This document shows positions 36,231 through 48,756 of a stretch of 48,756 bases of DNA, piece by piece. Position numbers and translations under genes: made by a program. Location of the stretch: positions 578,518 to 627,273 of the forward strand of contig RDEW01000008.1 of NCBI GenBank assembly GCA_011109175.1. Direction: 5' to 3'. Positions within the stretch are counted from its first letter, which is position 1. Each line of letters opens with the position of its first letter. The notes beneath the pieces are model-generated. The model was given only the letters and a program-made list of their open reading frames with translations, did not search any database and was not told the DNA's origin. Source of the DNA: Dicyema japonicum. Its lineage: Eukaryota > Animalia > Dicyemida.

Positions 36231-36649
36231 GGAACTATTTGAAAATCTTATTCAAGATTTCAAAAATCGCACTAAAGTATTTGGCACTTTTCTTCTGAAA
36301 TGACCCTGTGTATATGTATTTTTGTGGAGACTGTATGTGTAGAAGTCGGTTGGCTTGTTCTACCGTTTCATATTACTTCCAACATACATTCTTTACTGTT
36401 CCTTTTGTTTATTACTTATTTACTTACTTTCACCGCTTGAGAACGACTCCAGGTTGAGTACAATCCGTAAAATCGATATTACCGTTAAAATCGTTTAACC
36501 GTATGACCGAAAGTAACGATTACAGGTTGAAACGGTTAAATACGACCCATTAAGTATCGAACTTAACAATACGGTAGGGGCAATTTTCTTTAGGTGTAGT
36601 ATATCAATTTTCTTGTTGTTATATCAAAAATAACTCATGCTACTTTTAA

Positions 36650-37300
36650 AATTTTACCAATATTATCCGAAAAGAAAAGAAGGCATGTAGACTCAAAGAT
36701 TGACGACAAATTGAAAGTGAAGTGAAAAATTAAAAACAAAATAGTTTTCTGGTTATTTCTCAAAAAGATAAGAACCCCCAAATCAATATTGAACATGACT
36801 ATAATTGAAACAAATGATAGACCATTATCGTCAGGATGTCCCTCTCCTGAAACCATGTTGGAGATGTGGAAGGGGAAGGGCGGGGGTAAATGATGTGTAG
36901 AACGAGTTTTTCCAAAAGCTTCGAGGATGAGCATAATAGTGCAATGGGTCTGTACGAAGAGGGGTTGTTCTTCGGCCTTCCCGGCTTGAGAATTTGGCGT
37001 ATGTTGGACTTTTTCCAAATGTCTGGAATTTGGTTATGGTTTATTGAAAAGTTAAAAATGTTCCAAAGCGCTTCTATTCCAATTGGGCCGAGATGTTTGA
37101 GCAGAATAACCGGAATCAAATCAGGACCGCAGGAGAGGGAAGATTTTGTATTTTTGATTTCAGTCCAAATATCGGAATGTGATAAGCAATATAACGAAAA
37201 AGACCTTTTTGGCTTCGTGGTCGTAAAAAAGGGCTGGTTTTCAGATATTTCTTGTGTCAGATTCCGACATAAAACTTCATAAGGTTGTTTAGTTTTTGGA
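36650..37300 (-). mobile_element. Jockey/I-like LINE RT N-terminal fragment
   Basis: GPDLIPVILLKHL..IFNFSI..IPDIWKKSNIRQILKPGRPKNNPSSYRPIALLCSSSKLLEKLV..QHGFRRGH. Confidence 0.88.
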
Positions 37301-37807
37301 CATTTGGGTGGCCTTATTGATGCAGGTTAACACTACTCCGTTAGCCTTACAATGGGGGATCTTGCGTGTAAATCTACGGTCCTTAAGTGGGACATCTGCC
37401 GCTGCAGCGAGATTCCGCGCAAAGATCTCATAAACATGATTAGCTGCAACGTATCACAGCTCTGGTGCTCGTGCTATTTTTGACAGTTGTGGTCACCTGG
37501 TCCCCGCCCCTTTGGACCAGACCCTCTTTGCCTACAGCCATTTTCTTGAGTTCACTCACAGATATAGCAATACTGAATCGCCAAGTATGGCCAACCATTC
37601 CAGGGCATTCGAGATAGCCTGCTACGTACTTGCAGGACTACCTGCCTCGCCCATTCTTTTGGGTCATCTGCCACAACGCTCTCGGATGTGGCAAGAATTA
37701 CATTCATACCATCAGGTAACGCAAGTGACCCTTCTCCTTTTTTCCTTTCAACATTTTTGCCAACTCGGGAGAGTTTTAACGCCACCGAATAGAAAGCACG
37801 TTGCATG

Positions 37808-37980
37808 TTTTTTTTGTGTGTGGGTCCTTTCTAGACAATCCAGTTCTTAGTGAGTATCCACTGATGACGGCGTCACTCGTCAAGCCCTTTTAGATGCATG
37901 GAACCTTCAACCAGGTGAACAGCAGCGAGAATCGAAACCGTAACCTACGCCACTTTAGCCCGACAACCTAACCACCCGCC
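37808..37980 (-). mobile_element. tRNA-derived SINE copy (head + core + poly-A)
   Basis: GTCGGGCTAAAGT..GGTTTCGATTCTCGCTG..CACCTGG..GGGCTTGACGAGTGACGCCGTC, matching 23944-24282. Confidence 0.8.
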
Positions 37981-38639
37981 TGAATGATTATGTTTTCCTT
38001 ATTTCCTTAACATTGCTAACTTTAAGGCACGTTTACATTTAAAAAATTATATATTTAATTATTAATTTAATTTTTTTGAATCAATTAAGATTCATTAAAT
38101 AAAAATTCATTAAATTTCAATTTTAGGAGGAAAATCATTAAAATTGAAATTTGGATTCATTAAGTAAAATATACATAAAATGAAAAATTCATTATACAAA
38201 AAACTGTATTGGTAGTAAATGAAGTTGCAAATGTAGTGTTGCATGAACTCAAGAAAATTTCGTCTGAATACAAAGGACTAGACAAGAAACAAAAACAACG
38301 TCGATTTAACACATTAGTCATACAACACAATTTCTTGGGTATACATAGAAACATACTAAAAAAATGAACCAACTGTGAAAAACATTGTTTTTAGAGGAGA
38401 ACTACAGAATATCAAACAGAACTGTGTACCATAGGATTAGAAGCTGATCAATTTTATCAGAGGTTTGACAAGAATCTTTATAGATATATCGGTAATAGTT
38501 TTGGAATTTCCAGCTAAAGTGGAAATTATGTACTTATCTTTTGATGTTCCTTATTCCTTTGACGACAAAGGAACACAATATCAATAGTGGACCACATTTG
38601 ATCGTCAAATGAGTTGTTATTGTTCACCCAAATGTCAAT

Positions 38640-40160
38640 TCCTGAGGATTGAATCTCTCTTTTTCGAATTGAACATCCTTCTATACCGTGTAACATTCCA
38701 GGAAGTATTTCAGTGTTGAAGACATAAACAAAGGTCTCCTGCTCGAGATTTAATTTTCTAACGCAGAACAGAGCGTTCATAGCTTTTTTCTTTTATATTT
38801 ACATGTTCCATAAAATTACTTCTCTCGTCAATTAGGAAGACAAGGTATTTCATAGTTTTCTTTCGATGTATATCTCGTAATAACCTATTTAGGTCAGCTA
38901 TCCTCCTGTTTTCCATTATCTTCACCAGACCACACTTCTNNNNNNNNNNNNNNNNNNNNNNNNNNNNNNNNNNNNNNNNNNNNNNNNNNNNNNNNNNNNN
39001 NNNNNNNNNNNNNNNNNNNNNNNNNNNNNNNNNNNNNNNNNNNNNNNNNNNNNNNNNNNNNNNNNNNNNNNNNNNNNNNNNNNNNNNNNNNNNNNNNNNN
39101 NNNNNNNNNNNNNNNNNNNNNNNNNNNNNNNNNNNNNNNNNNNNNNNNNNNNNNNNNNNNNNNNNNNNNNNNNNNNNNNNNNNNNNNNNNNNNNNNNNNN
39201 NNNNNNNNNNNNNNNNNNNNNNNNNNNNNNNNNNNNNNNNNNNNNNNNNNNNNNNNNNNNNNNNNNNNNNNNNNNNNNNNNNNNNNNNNNNNNNNNNNNN
39301 NNNNNNNNNNNNNNNNNNNNNNNNNNNNNNNNNNNNNNNNNNNNNNNNNNNNNNNNNNNNNNNNNNNNNNNNNNNNNNNNNNNNNNNNNNNNNNNNNNNN
39401 NNNNNNNNNNNNNNNNNNNNNNNNNNNNNNNNNNNNNNNNNNNNNNNNNNNNNNNNNNNNNNNNNNNNNNNNNNNNNNNNNNNNNNNNNNNNNNNNNNNN
39501 NNNNNNNNNNNNNNNNNNNNNNNNNNNNNNNNNNNNNNNNNNNNNNNNNNNNNNNNNNNNNNNNNNNNNNNNNNNNNNNNNNNNNNNNNNNNNNNNNNNN
39601 NNNNNNNNNNNNNNNNNNNNNNNNNNNNNNNNNNNNNNNNNNNNNNNNNNNNNNNNNNNNNNNNNNNNNNNNNNNNNNNNNNNNNNNNNNNNNNNNNNNN
39701 NNNNNNNNNNNNNNNNNNNNNNNNNNNNNNNNNNNNNNNNNNNNNNNNNNNNNNNNNNNNNNNNNNNNNNNNNNNTGTCAGCATAAATAAGCATCCGGGT
39801 ATTAGTGTTGTCTGTTTTGGCACTTCACGCATTACACAATTAAAGAGAAGTGGGCTAAGAATAGAACCTCTTAGAACTCCCATTCTTAGCTCCATCTTTT
39901 TGAAAGTAAGATCTCCGACACGTATGTAAGACACTTTTTCTGAAAGAAAGTTTTCTATCTACAAAAGTGCCGTTTTCCCAATGTTTGCCTTTGACAGGCT
40001 ATCAACTAGTCCAAGGTGTCAAAAACTGTCGAATGCCTTATATATATTCAGGCATACTGCGGTAAAGAATTCATTTTTATGTGCAGAATTTTAAATCGGT
40101 TTCCTCAGTTCCATGAGACAGTCCCCTGTTCCCTTATTCTGACGGAATCTCCATTGGTCA
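38640..40160 (-). mobile_element. LINE RT, spanning an N-gap
   Basis: CLNIYKAFDS, GVLRGSILSPLLFNCVM, MLIYAD at the gap edge; thumb region after the gap. Confidence 0.8.
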
Positions 40161-40229
40161 TCAGTAGGGCGATTTTTGTCAATAAAGTCAAAAAATGATA
40201 TGTTTTTTTATAATTGTTTAAAACTTATA

Positions 40230-40850
40230 CAGGGTTTTCCTATTTATTTAATAACTTTGTCATAAAATTTAATAACTTTGTCAAAAAATTTAATAACTTT
40301 GTCATAAAATTTAATAATTTTGTCAAAATATTTAATAACTTTGTCAAAATATTTAATAATTCGTCAAAAAATTTAATAATTTTATCAAAAAAATTAATAA
40401 TTTTATCAAAATGTTTAATAACTTTGTCAAGAGTCAAATTAAAAGAAACCAATTTTATAATTAATTGAAAAAACAACTATAAATTAAAATTCTTCATAAG
40501 CCAATGCTTTAACTAAATGGCTCCGCATGTGGTTACACAAATTATTGCACACATCTGATGGAATTTCTCCGATGTTTTGGATTGCGTTTATTAATTCCTC
40601 AGAGTTCCTACAATTTTTCTTTTTGATGTTATTTTTTCCAAACAGAAAAAAACTCTTCAATTGCATTAAGTTGAGGAGTATAAGGAGGCATATCAGTACC
40701 ATGTCTTAAATATAATATATAACCATACTTTTTCCCTGCATGTTCAAGCTATAATTAAGCTGTATTACAAAATCAATGAACGTCTCCGCGCGATAAGGGG
40801 AGGAATTGCTGGATTATGATTAGACGATTACCAGAACTTTGATGCATTAC
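40230..40850 (-). mobile_element. IS630/Tc1-mariner transposase 3' remnant with probable right end
   Basis: MPPYTPQLNAIEEFFSVWK (the PYSP.LNPIE motif) then NSEELINAIQNI..CNHMRSHL; terminus TA|CAGGGT at 40228-40235. Confidence 0.7.
40247..40431. repeat. 21-bp minisatellite, ~9 copies (TTTAATAACTTTGTCAAAAAA)
   Basis: Directly visible head-to-tail array without spacers. Confidence 0.95.
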
Positions 40851-42074
40851 AAGACGTTCAGAATATGTTTTTTTGTATCTAACGACAAGTTTAACTAAAA
40901 TCGAATATTAATAAGAAAATGAATCAAGACGTGCTCCAAACGATTGTCCATGAAATTCGGCTGTAGTTCAAAATTTTTAAACGACTTCAAAAAAACGAAA
41001 TATTCCACCAACACCTATATTATTCGTCCATTTCTATATTTTTAAAATTATTTCATTTGCTATGTAATTCGTCGGCATATTCTCCAAATACTTGTCTAAT
41101 TTCATCGTCATATTTACTTATTACCATTTGTGACAGGATTTCTTGTTCAGTATAACCTCCCAAATATAGAATAACAGAAAACATATAATTACAAAGTTGT
41201 AGTAATGTAATTTATTAAACAACCACATAACTCTATGTCCAACTTTGCATCAACCTTCCTATATTTGATGGCACTCATATCACGGTCTTTCCAGTCCTCT
41301 TTTTTTACAGTATTATTCGACAAATTTTATAATTTTCATTTAAGCTGCAATTATTTCGATTGCTTCTCTTAATATTTTCAATGATTTGGGCATACTGGAT
41401 TTTCGACTTAAGAAACTTGATCTCAAAAATTACCACCATTATTTGTTGAAATTCACATCTTCGAGTTGTTACCAACTGAAATATAGCATCTGTGTATGTC
41501 AATAACTGTATTTAACAAAAAACTGTTGTTAGAGATTTTTTACAGAAAATATAAGCTCAATGTCATTTTGAAGCTAATTCTACTGCAGATATAATGTAAT
41601 CATAAAAACGTGCAATTATAGTATGTATGTGTGCTTGGATTTCGCTAGTGCCGTGCTACCAACTATATATCTATAGTTTCTCCATTTAACATTAGAAAAC
41701 TTTATATGCAAATCAATGAATTTTTAAGTAATATCAGCAAACTTGTTGTCGAGAAGAGCTTGAAACCCCTATTAATCCTTGGTCCTTGGCAAAGAAATGT
41801 CCGGAATTGGCATAATACTTCAATTTACTTAATTCTACGCAGGATTTGTGAACGAACACCGATCAATCAATAATTAAATATTGATTTATGACTCACCGCT
41901 TTTTAATTTAATATCTTTTTTAACTTTTCTAAAATGTTCTTGTTTTTAAATTAAAATATGTTTCCTGAGCTTTTAATGTTTACAACCTCGGTAAAAATAA
42001 TACTGTCATTCGACATAACAATACTGCATTTAACGAAGATCCATATTAGCTATAGCTCCTCCCAGGCAGGAACG

Positions 42075-42990
42075 TGTATACGGGATAATGTCGCCGGAAA
42101 AAAACCGATTGCAAAGGGCAGTGATTGCCTTCAAACAGGCGGGTTCTTGCCTCGCTTGTAGCCGGGACGTCAGATCGCGTAAGTGGCCAGGACGGAGACC
42201 GTCCACGCCACCACTACTGCTGAGAGGGAAACTCGCGATGCGGCTTAAGATCTCCGAGGGTGTAAACGAATGTGTAGGGGTTCCAGAGAGGACTGGCAAA
42301 GCGCGGAGATCGGTGGGGGCCGCCGGGTGTTTTAGTTTGAGTGACTCGAGAACCTTTTCCGACGAGGTAGAACAATGTCATCGGAAGCCACAAGGCGGAC
42401 AGCTGCTTTAACATCATTTTCCATAAGTTTGGAGTGGACTTTATTACGAAGGTTAGCATATACAGGTTTATTCCTTGAAGGGGGCTCAGGTACAACGGGG
42501 GGAATGGGAAGAACACTGTATGGGTTTTGGTCAAAGAGAGTGAGATTTTCCTTTAATTGCGAAGTCCGTGAACCACGCTGCTTCGAATTAGGCTCCCTGT
42601 CAGGTGTGCCGATGGCCATGGAACCAAAGCAAAATAATTTCAACCAATCAGTAGGCTGGTCAGAATCAAGGGCGTTTACAATGGCTTTAGTGAGCGAGTC
42701 TGCGACGGCAATCCGAGCTGCTTTCGGAATTTTTATGCATATCTTCCGTGCGCGACGCAGACGGCAACAGTGGATAACACATCCTCGAAGGGGATGTCAC
42801 AAACAGCCAGGCAAGACGGAAGTGGGGGATTTTGAGGGGTACTGGCTTCAAGGGACAAACACTGAGACACGTTGGGCATTTCCAGATAGCAAGGGCCGCA
42901 GATGATAAATTGGTTAAGCCCGGCACAAGATAGGTGGACATCTCTCCGGCAGTTAAAATACTTCCTCGCCTTCATGCGAGTGTTATTGAT
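42075..42990 (-). mobile_element. CRE-like non-LTR retrotransposon, 5' part (PHD-like finger + pre-RT region)
   Basis: GC-richer island; CRRDVHLSCAGL..ICGPC; IPKAARIAVADSL; DVKAAVRLVASDD; SFPLSSSGGVDGLRPGHLRDL; frameshifted and truncated before the RT core. Confidence 0.8.
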
Positions 42991-43544
42991 CATAAAAATG
43001 AAGAATCGGAATTATGGAAACGATTCGATATTGGATGAATTCATAGGTAGGCGATTTATTAGTGATCCAAATAGAAGACCAAAAAAATTGACGCAATATG
43101 TAATGAAATCTATTGGAACAGCATTCTAGGGAATGATGGTCACAAAAATAGTTGACCTGAATAAATAGTGATTCATCTTGACAGAGTGGAGGTGGAGATG
43201 CGAGTAGAAAGACAGCTGAAACATCTTCTGTTAGGCAGCTCCTTAAATCCTTATGAAAATTAATGATTTTACTAAAAGACTGCCGGACATCTACTCAACG
43301 TCTACAGGCCGTTCTTTGGGACGCAAAATGTCAAATACCCGCATTTTATATCCTCCGGAGGTTAAAAGAGCTACCAAATTTGTTCCCAAAAAACCACAGC
43401 CTCCTATAACAACACAAACACCACAGCTCATGTAAATAACAAAAATAAAATGATAATTGATAAATTACATTTAAATTATTTAAAATAACATCTGATTTAA
43501 TATTAATCAAAATAGTCAATTCATAGTGATTAATATAAGAATTG

Positions 43545-44184
43545 GGTACATATGTAGTAGTTGGCGGCCACTTTTTAGCGAATTTTAAAAAAAACTATAT
43601 TTTTTTTAGTTAAAAAAATATATAATTAAAAATAATACATTATAAATCTACCACAAATATGTCAGAAGCTATCAATTTCATGCAATCCAGAGGAATCATC
43701 CCAAAAAAAAAGTGTGTAGCAACGGACACCAAATGACTTTAACATGGCAGCTCTCCGGCTTGGAATTGCCTACAGAAGGGACTGTCGAATTAATCGAGTC
43801 TAAAAACTGGTATTTATAATCATTAAAACTCAACAAGGAACGTGGTTAGCAGGAACCAAAGTACCATTCGAAGATATAATCCGGTTTGTCTACCTGTGGG
43901 CAAAAAATATATCTTCTATGGAGATATGCATGGAAAATCTTGGTTGGGCTTCACATACAACCGTGGACTGGTCAATGTACATGCGTTTTGAAACAATCAT
44001 GGAGTGCATAGCCTTATACTTGTCCCCCAAGAATCAAAACTAAAATAAAAAAATAATTATAATTTTGTATATAATAATTAATTTTTTATAGTAATATTAT
44101 TTAAAAAAGGTAATTATTCACCAAAAAAAATATAGTTTTTTTTAAAATTCGCTAAAAGTGGCCGCCAACTACTACATATGTACC
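43545..44184 (+). mobile_element. Merlin/IS1016-type DNA transposon, internally deleted (non-autonomous)
   Basis: TIRs of ~60 bp starting GGTACATATGTAGTAGTTGGCGGCCAC; imperfect 8-bp flanks AAGAATTG/AGAAATTG; internal MSEAINFMQSRGII..CSNGHQM..TG|TWLAGTKVP..FVYLW..TVDWSMYMR fused to FETIMECIA; DDE core missing. Confidence 0.88.
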
Positions 44185-44399
44185 AGAAATTGTTATTCTT
44201 TGGTACTCCCGATATCTTTTTCCTATTTCGAAGCGGAGGGCCCACGTTTCCGTTGACACCCAAGAAATACTCTCACGGTTACACTGGACAGAGACCTCCG
44301 GAGAGTGGGAAAAAATCTAAAGTACGGGGACGGTCTTGATGTATTACGGGACGTCGCCCAAGAGAGAGGGAATTGGGCAGACTGATTGTTCTTATGTTT

Positions 44400-44850
44400 C
44401 CTGTGCTGCACAAGTTTTTTATGATCCATGGCATCGCGAAAGTGCATAATAATTTCTTCTTCGCGTGCATTGCTCTGAAAACAATCAAGAAGGTTGCAAT
44501 CGAGAGAGCATCAAATGAGATGCTTTCCAGAGTCCTCTCAAAAACATTTAACCACGGAACCAATGACATGAAGTAATGCATCAGCCCTAGCTTGTTTACA
44601 GGAGGTCAAACTTCATTTTGTCTTCACTTTCACTGTCTGCAAACGATTTAGAAATGTGATGCCCAATTCTACGGCGATCTTATCGTGCACCTCTATAGCA
44701 AGTTTGTTGTGTGCGTATTCGGGTATCCAACATGCCACCGATTTTCAGACACTGATTGAATTCGACGGGTTTGCAACGTTCTAGATCACCTTAATCCGTA
44801 CTTGATGGAGGGACTTCACAACGTCGTTATGTCTTCTCTTTGGAAAAGTT
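44400..44850 (-). mobile_element. R4-like element RLE/C-terminal fragment
   Basis: RRHNDVVKSLH, DTRIRT, VELGITFLNRLQTV, ERTLESISFD across frames. Confidence 0.65.
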
Positions 44851-45186
44851 ATTCAAATATTTGATAACGCCGATGAAGATAATATGCTGATTTCCCATAC
44901 CAAAAAAGTTGTGTAAAAAACGTTAAAGTATATTTGTATTTAGGAATTCCCTCCTTGTTTTGAGTTCGCACTTTTAAATAGGCGATGTTACTCAGCACGC
45001 GTTTCAGCTGTCCACGAGGTAGGTTCAACCTCTCTTTATTGATGGAAATAGACTTTGGCTGAATCACCGCACACGTGAGTAATAGTTGGTTACTTGTTGT
45101 TGTTAATATCGAACCCGACAGCCTTTGTTTCTCATAGAACTTGTAGGCTGGTATTTTCGACTATTTTTTAGGCAGTTGGATGAATA

Positions 45187-45287
45187 CAATGCGACCCCGA
45201 ATTAGGAAAATTTTTCCCCAATTTTGAGGTTTACCCAAAAAGAGGGTTTCCCTGCTACTTGGTTTTCCCCAATTCGAGGTCGCACTG
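45187..45287. mobile_element. 101-bp pogo/Tigger-like MITE with TA TSD
   Basis: TA|CAATGCGACCCCGAATTAGGAAAA ... TTTTCCCCAATTCGAGGTCGCACTG|TA: imperfect ~24-bp TIRs. Confidence 0.8.
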
Positions 45288-45507
45288 TAAATATTTTTTA
45301 TTAGTTAATCAAGTTTTTATTTATTAAACATTCAAATTAGAAAGTGAGCACGATTAAAAATACCAGTCATGACTAAGTTAACTTACTTCCATCAAGGAGA
45401 CGTCCAGTAAATTAATTAGAAGAGTTAAATTTGTCACACTATAGAGAAAGCTATGGTAACCCAGAAAAATGCTTTTTTTAACCCATAGAATAAATTACGA
45501 ATTAAGG

Positions 45508-46278
45508 TTACTGAAGAACGATAGCCACCTAATATAGAAAATCATCGGAATCACACCTGTTCAGGGGAAAGGGAGAAGTTCGCCAATTGAACGAATAATA
45601 GTACAAATTTCCATTTCCCTGCCCAAACTTTAGCTGATTTAAGAATCCTTTATTATCCATTATGCTTAAAGCATTTAAAACATCCATCCCGACCTAAGAT
45701 AATCTAACAACAATTACACTTCATTCGCATACAAAAGGAGGCCACTGACCATTTCACTCACGGAATTGAAAGTACACGCGTAATAGAACAAATATGCGGA
45801 ATTTAAAAAGGAATGCCGGGGATTATTCAGTACTGATGTCCGCAGAATATACGCGGAAATAAAATTCACAACGTTTCCGCAATCATCCTGCAAAAATTCA
45901 ACAAAACACAAACTTCCACAATGAAAGACCAAACGACGTTTTCCCTGGGCAAAAACCAATGACAAAACTCGTCAAACCCAAATTCAGCACGCATACTGTA
46001 TTTACTCAAAAACTGCCAAAACAAAATGAAAGACGACTTTATTGAGAAGAGCATGTGCCGTCGGACAGTGACGTACAAGCATAGGCTGAAATCCTCTTGG
46101 TGTGCTAAGCCTCTCCAATGAGTGTAGCTTATGATATTGTTTTAGAGTGATATTGGAGGGGACGCTTGCAAACTCACATTCCATAAGTTTTTTGGTGTTA
46201 ATGAGTCGGTGATAATAGCAGACAGAAGCTGATGGCTTGGATATGATCTTCCCTCCAGTATATATAGCTTGGAAAATT
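45508..46278 (-). CDS. NMT: Glycylpeptide N-myristoyltransferase, C-terminal half only (5' half absent beyond the n at 46279); 1-nt frameshift before the last exon
   Basis: [22 protein letters not shown]; [16 protein letters not shown]; AYLFYY; [28 protein letters not shown]; last exon VAIVLQ*. Four introns of 25-28 nt. Confidence 0.9.
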
Positions 46279-47160
46279 NACATGCTCGATAAGTAAGTAG
46301 TAAAGTCAATGTTATCCTCTGCTTTCCTGAAAGAGTATTTAAGGCAGTGTGCTTAGAAAATTTTTAATCGTTTCGTTTACATTGCAGTAAGTACAGGTTT
46401 TTCATGTCTACTGCTACACCTTATCGATCTTTCAAGCAAATATCGAGACCAAGTAGAAGGGTCACTCCGACAGGTGCGGTTTCGTCATCTAACTTAACTA
46501 ATTGGATAGGCAATGAGAATAAATTATAATTTTTTGCTGAAAAGTCGAAGGTGAGCATTTGGGGACTTTTCTATTTAGTTAATCGCGTTTTTACAGTAGG
46601 TTTTGTCCCAATACCTTGAAGAAGTGTCATCTTTCATGAAATATAACCCATTGGGCCATTATTGTAGTGTCAAACACATTGTCCAAATTCAGATCGAATC
46701 TGCTTATGTAAAAAAACTTACCATGGGTTATAGGTAATAGATAAAGGATAAATCGACATAAAACCTTAAGCTTGATCCTGGGAACCTGATTGTAAGCTTT
46801 TCCTGACACCATTGAATATTCAAACTATCCATTATTAGAAATTGGTTAAAATTTTATCAATTCCGGATTTGCTGGAATGGAAGTTAACCAGTTCCCATGG
46901 TCGCAGAGAGACACGTTCTTCCAAATACATATCTGCATCCACAACCACAGTATTGGCAATTCCCCCAAAGAATTAGCCAATGGAGTTAGAGTGAATAAAT
47001 GGTCTTTCTGATACCATCCTAGATAGATCTCATGACGCTATGCTAATAAAAAATGATGAGAATAACTTGAACAAAGGACAAGAACCTTTTGACCAAGAAC
47101 TCACGGTTGAAATAGAACTCATGGATAATTATTATAAGCTAATTATTAAATTAGTTAATG

Positions 47161-48756
<1,596 letters not shown>

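Noticed and set aside
38894-39934. Long ORFs spanning N-runs (also 3758-4255, 11935-12393, 29410-30099)
   Set aside because: Their length is an artefact of ambiguous bases.
40247-40431. CRISPR-like array or heptad-repeat ORFs
   Set aside because: Head-to-tail minisatellite with no unique spacers in a eukaryotic context; the ORFs are by-products of the 21-bp period.
46280-47130. 5' half of NMT
   Set aside because: No NMT motifs (YVED, EINFLC) found in any frame; only unidentified broken frames.

Overview
AT-rich eukaryotic (animal) genomic scaffold with N-gaps and many single-n joins. All recognisable genes have ultra-short GT-AG introns (21-28 nt); with animal-type genes (GALNT, GCM, Ig domains, CFAP100) this suggests a dicyemid-like or other highly compacted animal genome (inference). 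Probably functional genes: a polypeptide GalNAc-transferase (33.4-35.7 kb, minus) and CFAP100/CCDC37 (47.2 kb to the window end, minus). The C-terminal half of an N-myristoyltransferase is also present. The rest is a mosaic of intron-retaining pseudogenes (two GCM-domain paralogues, two or three Ig-domain surface-protein copies, an internally deleted TYW1, a LysM gene) and transposon debris (Jockey/I-like, RTE, CRE-like and R4-like non-LTR elements, a Buster-type hAT, IS630/Tc1, a Merlin derivative, a pogo-like MITE, and a tRNA-derived SINE family with one full-length copy and a TSD). Much of 1.9-12.5 kb recurs inverted and partly shuffled at 18.1-27.4 kb. All calls come from manual translation and remembered family motifs, with no database search. 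Boundaries of degenerate features are approximate.
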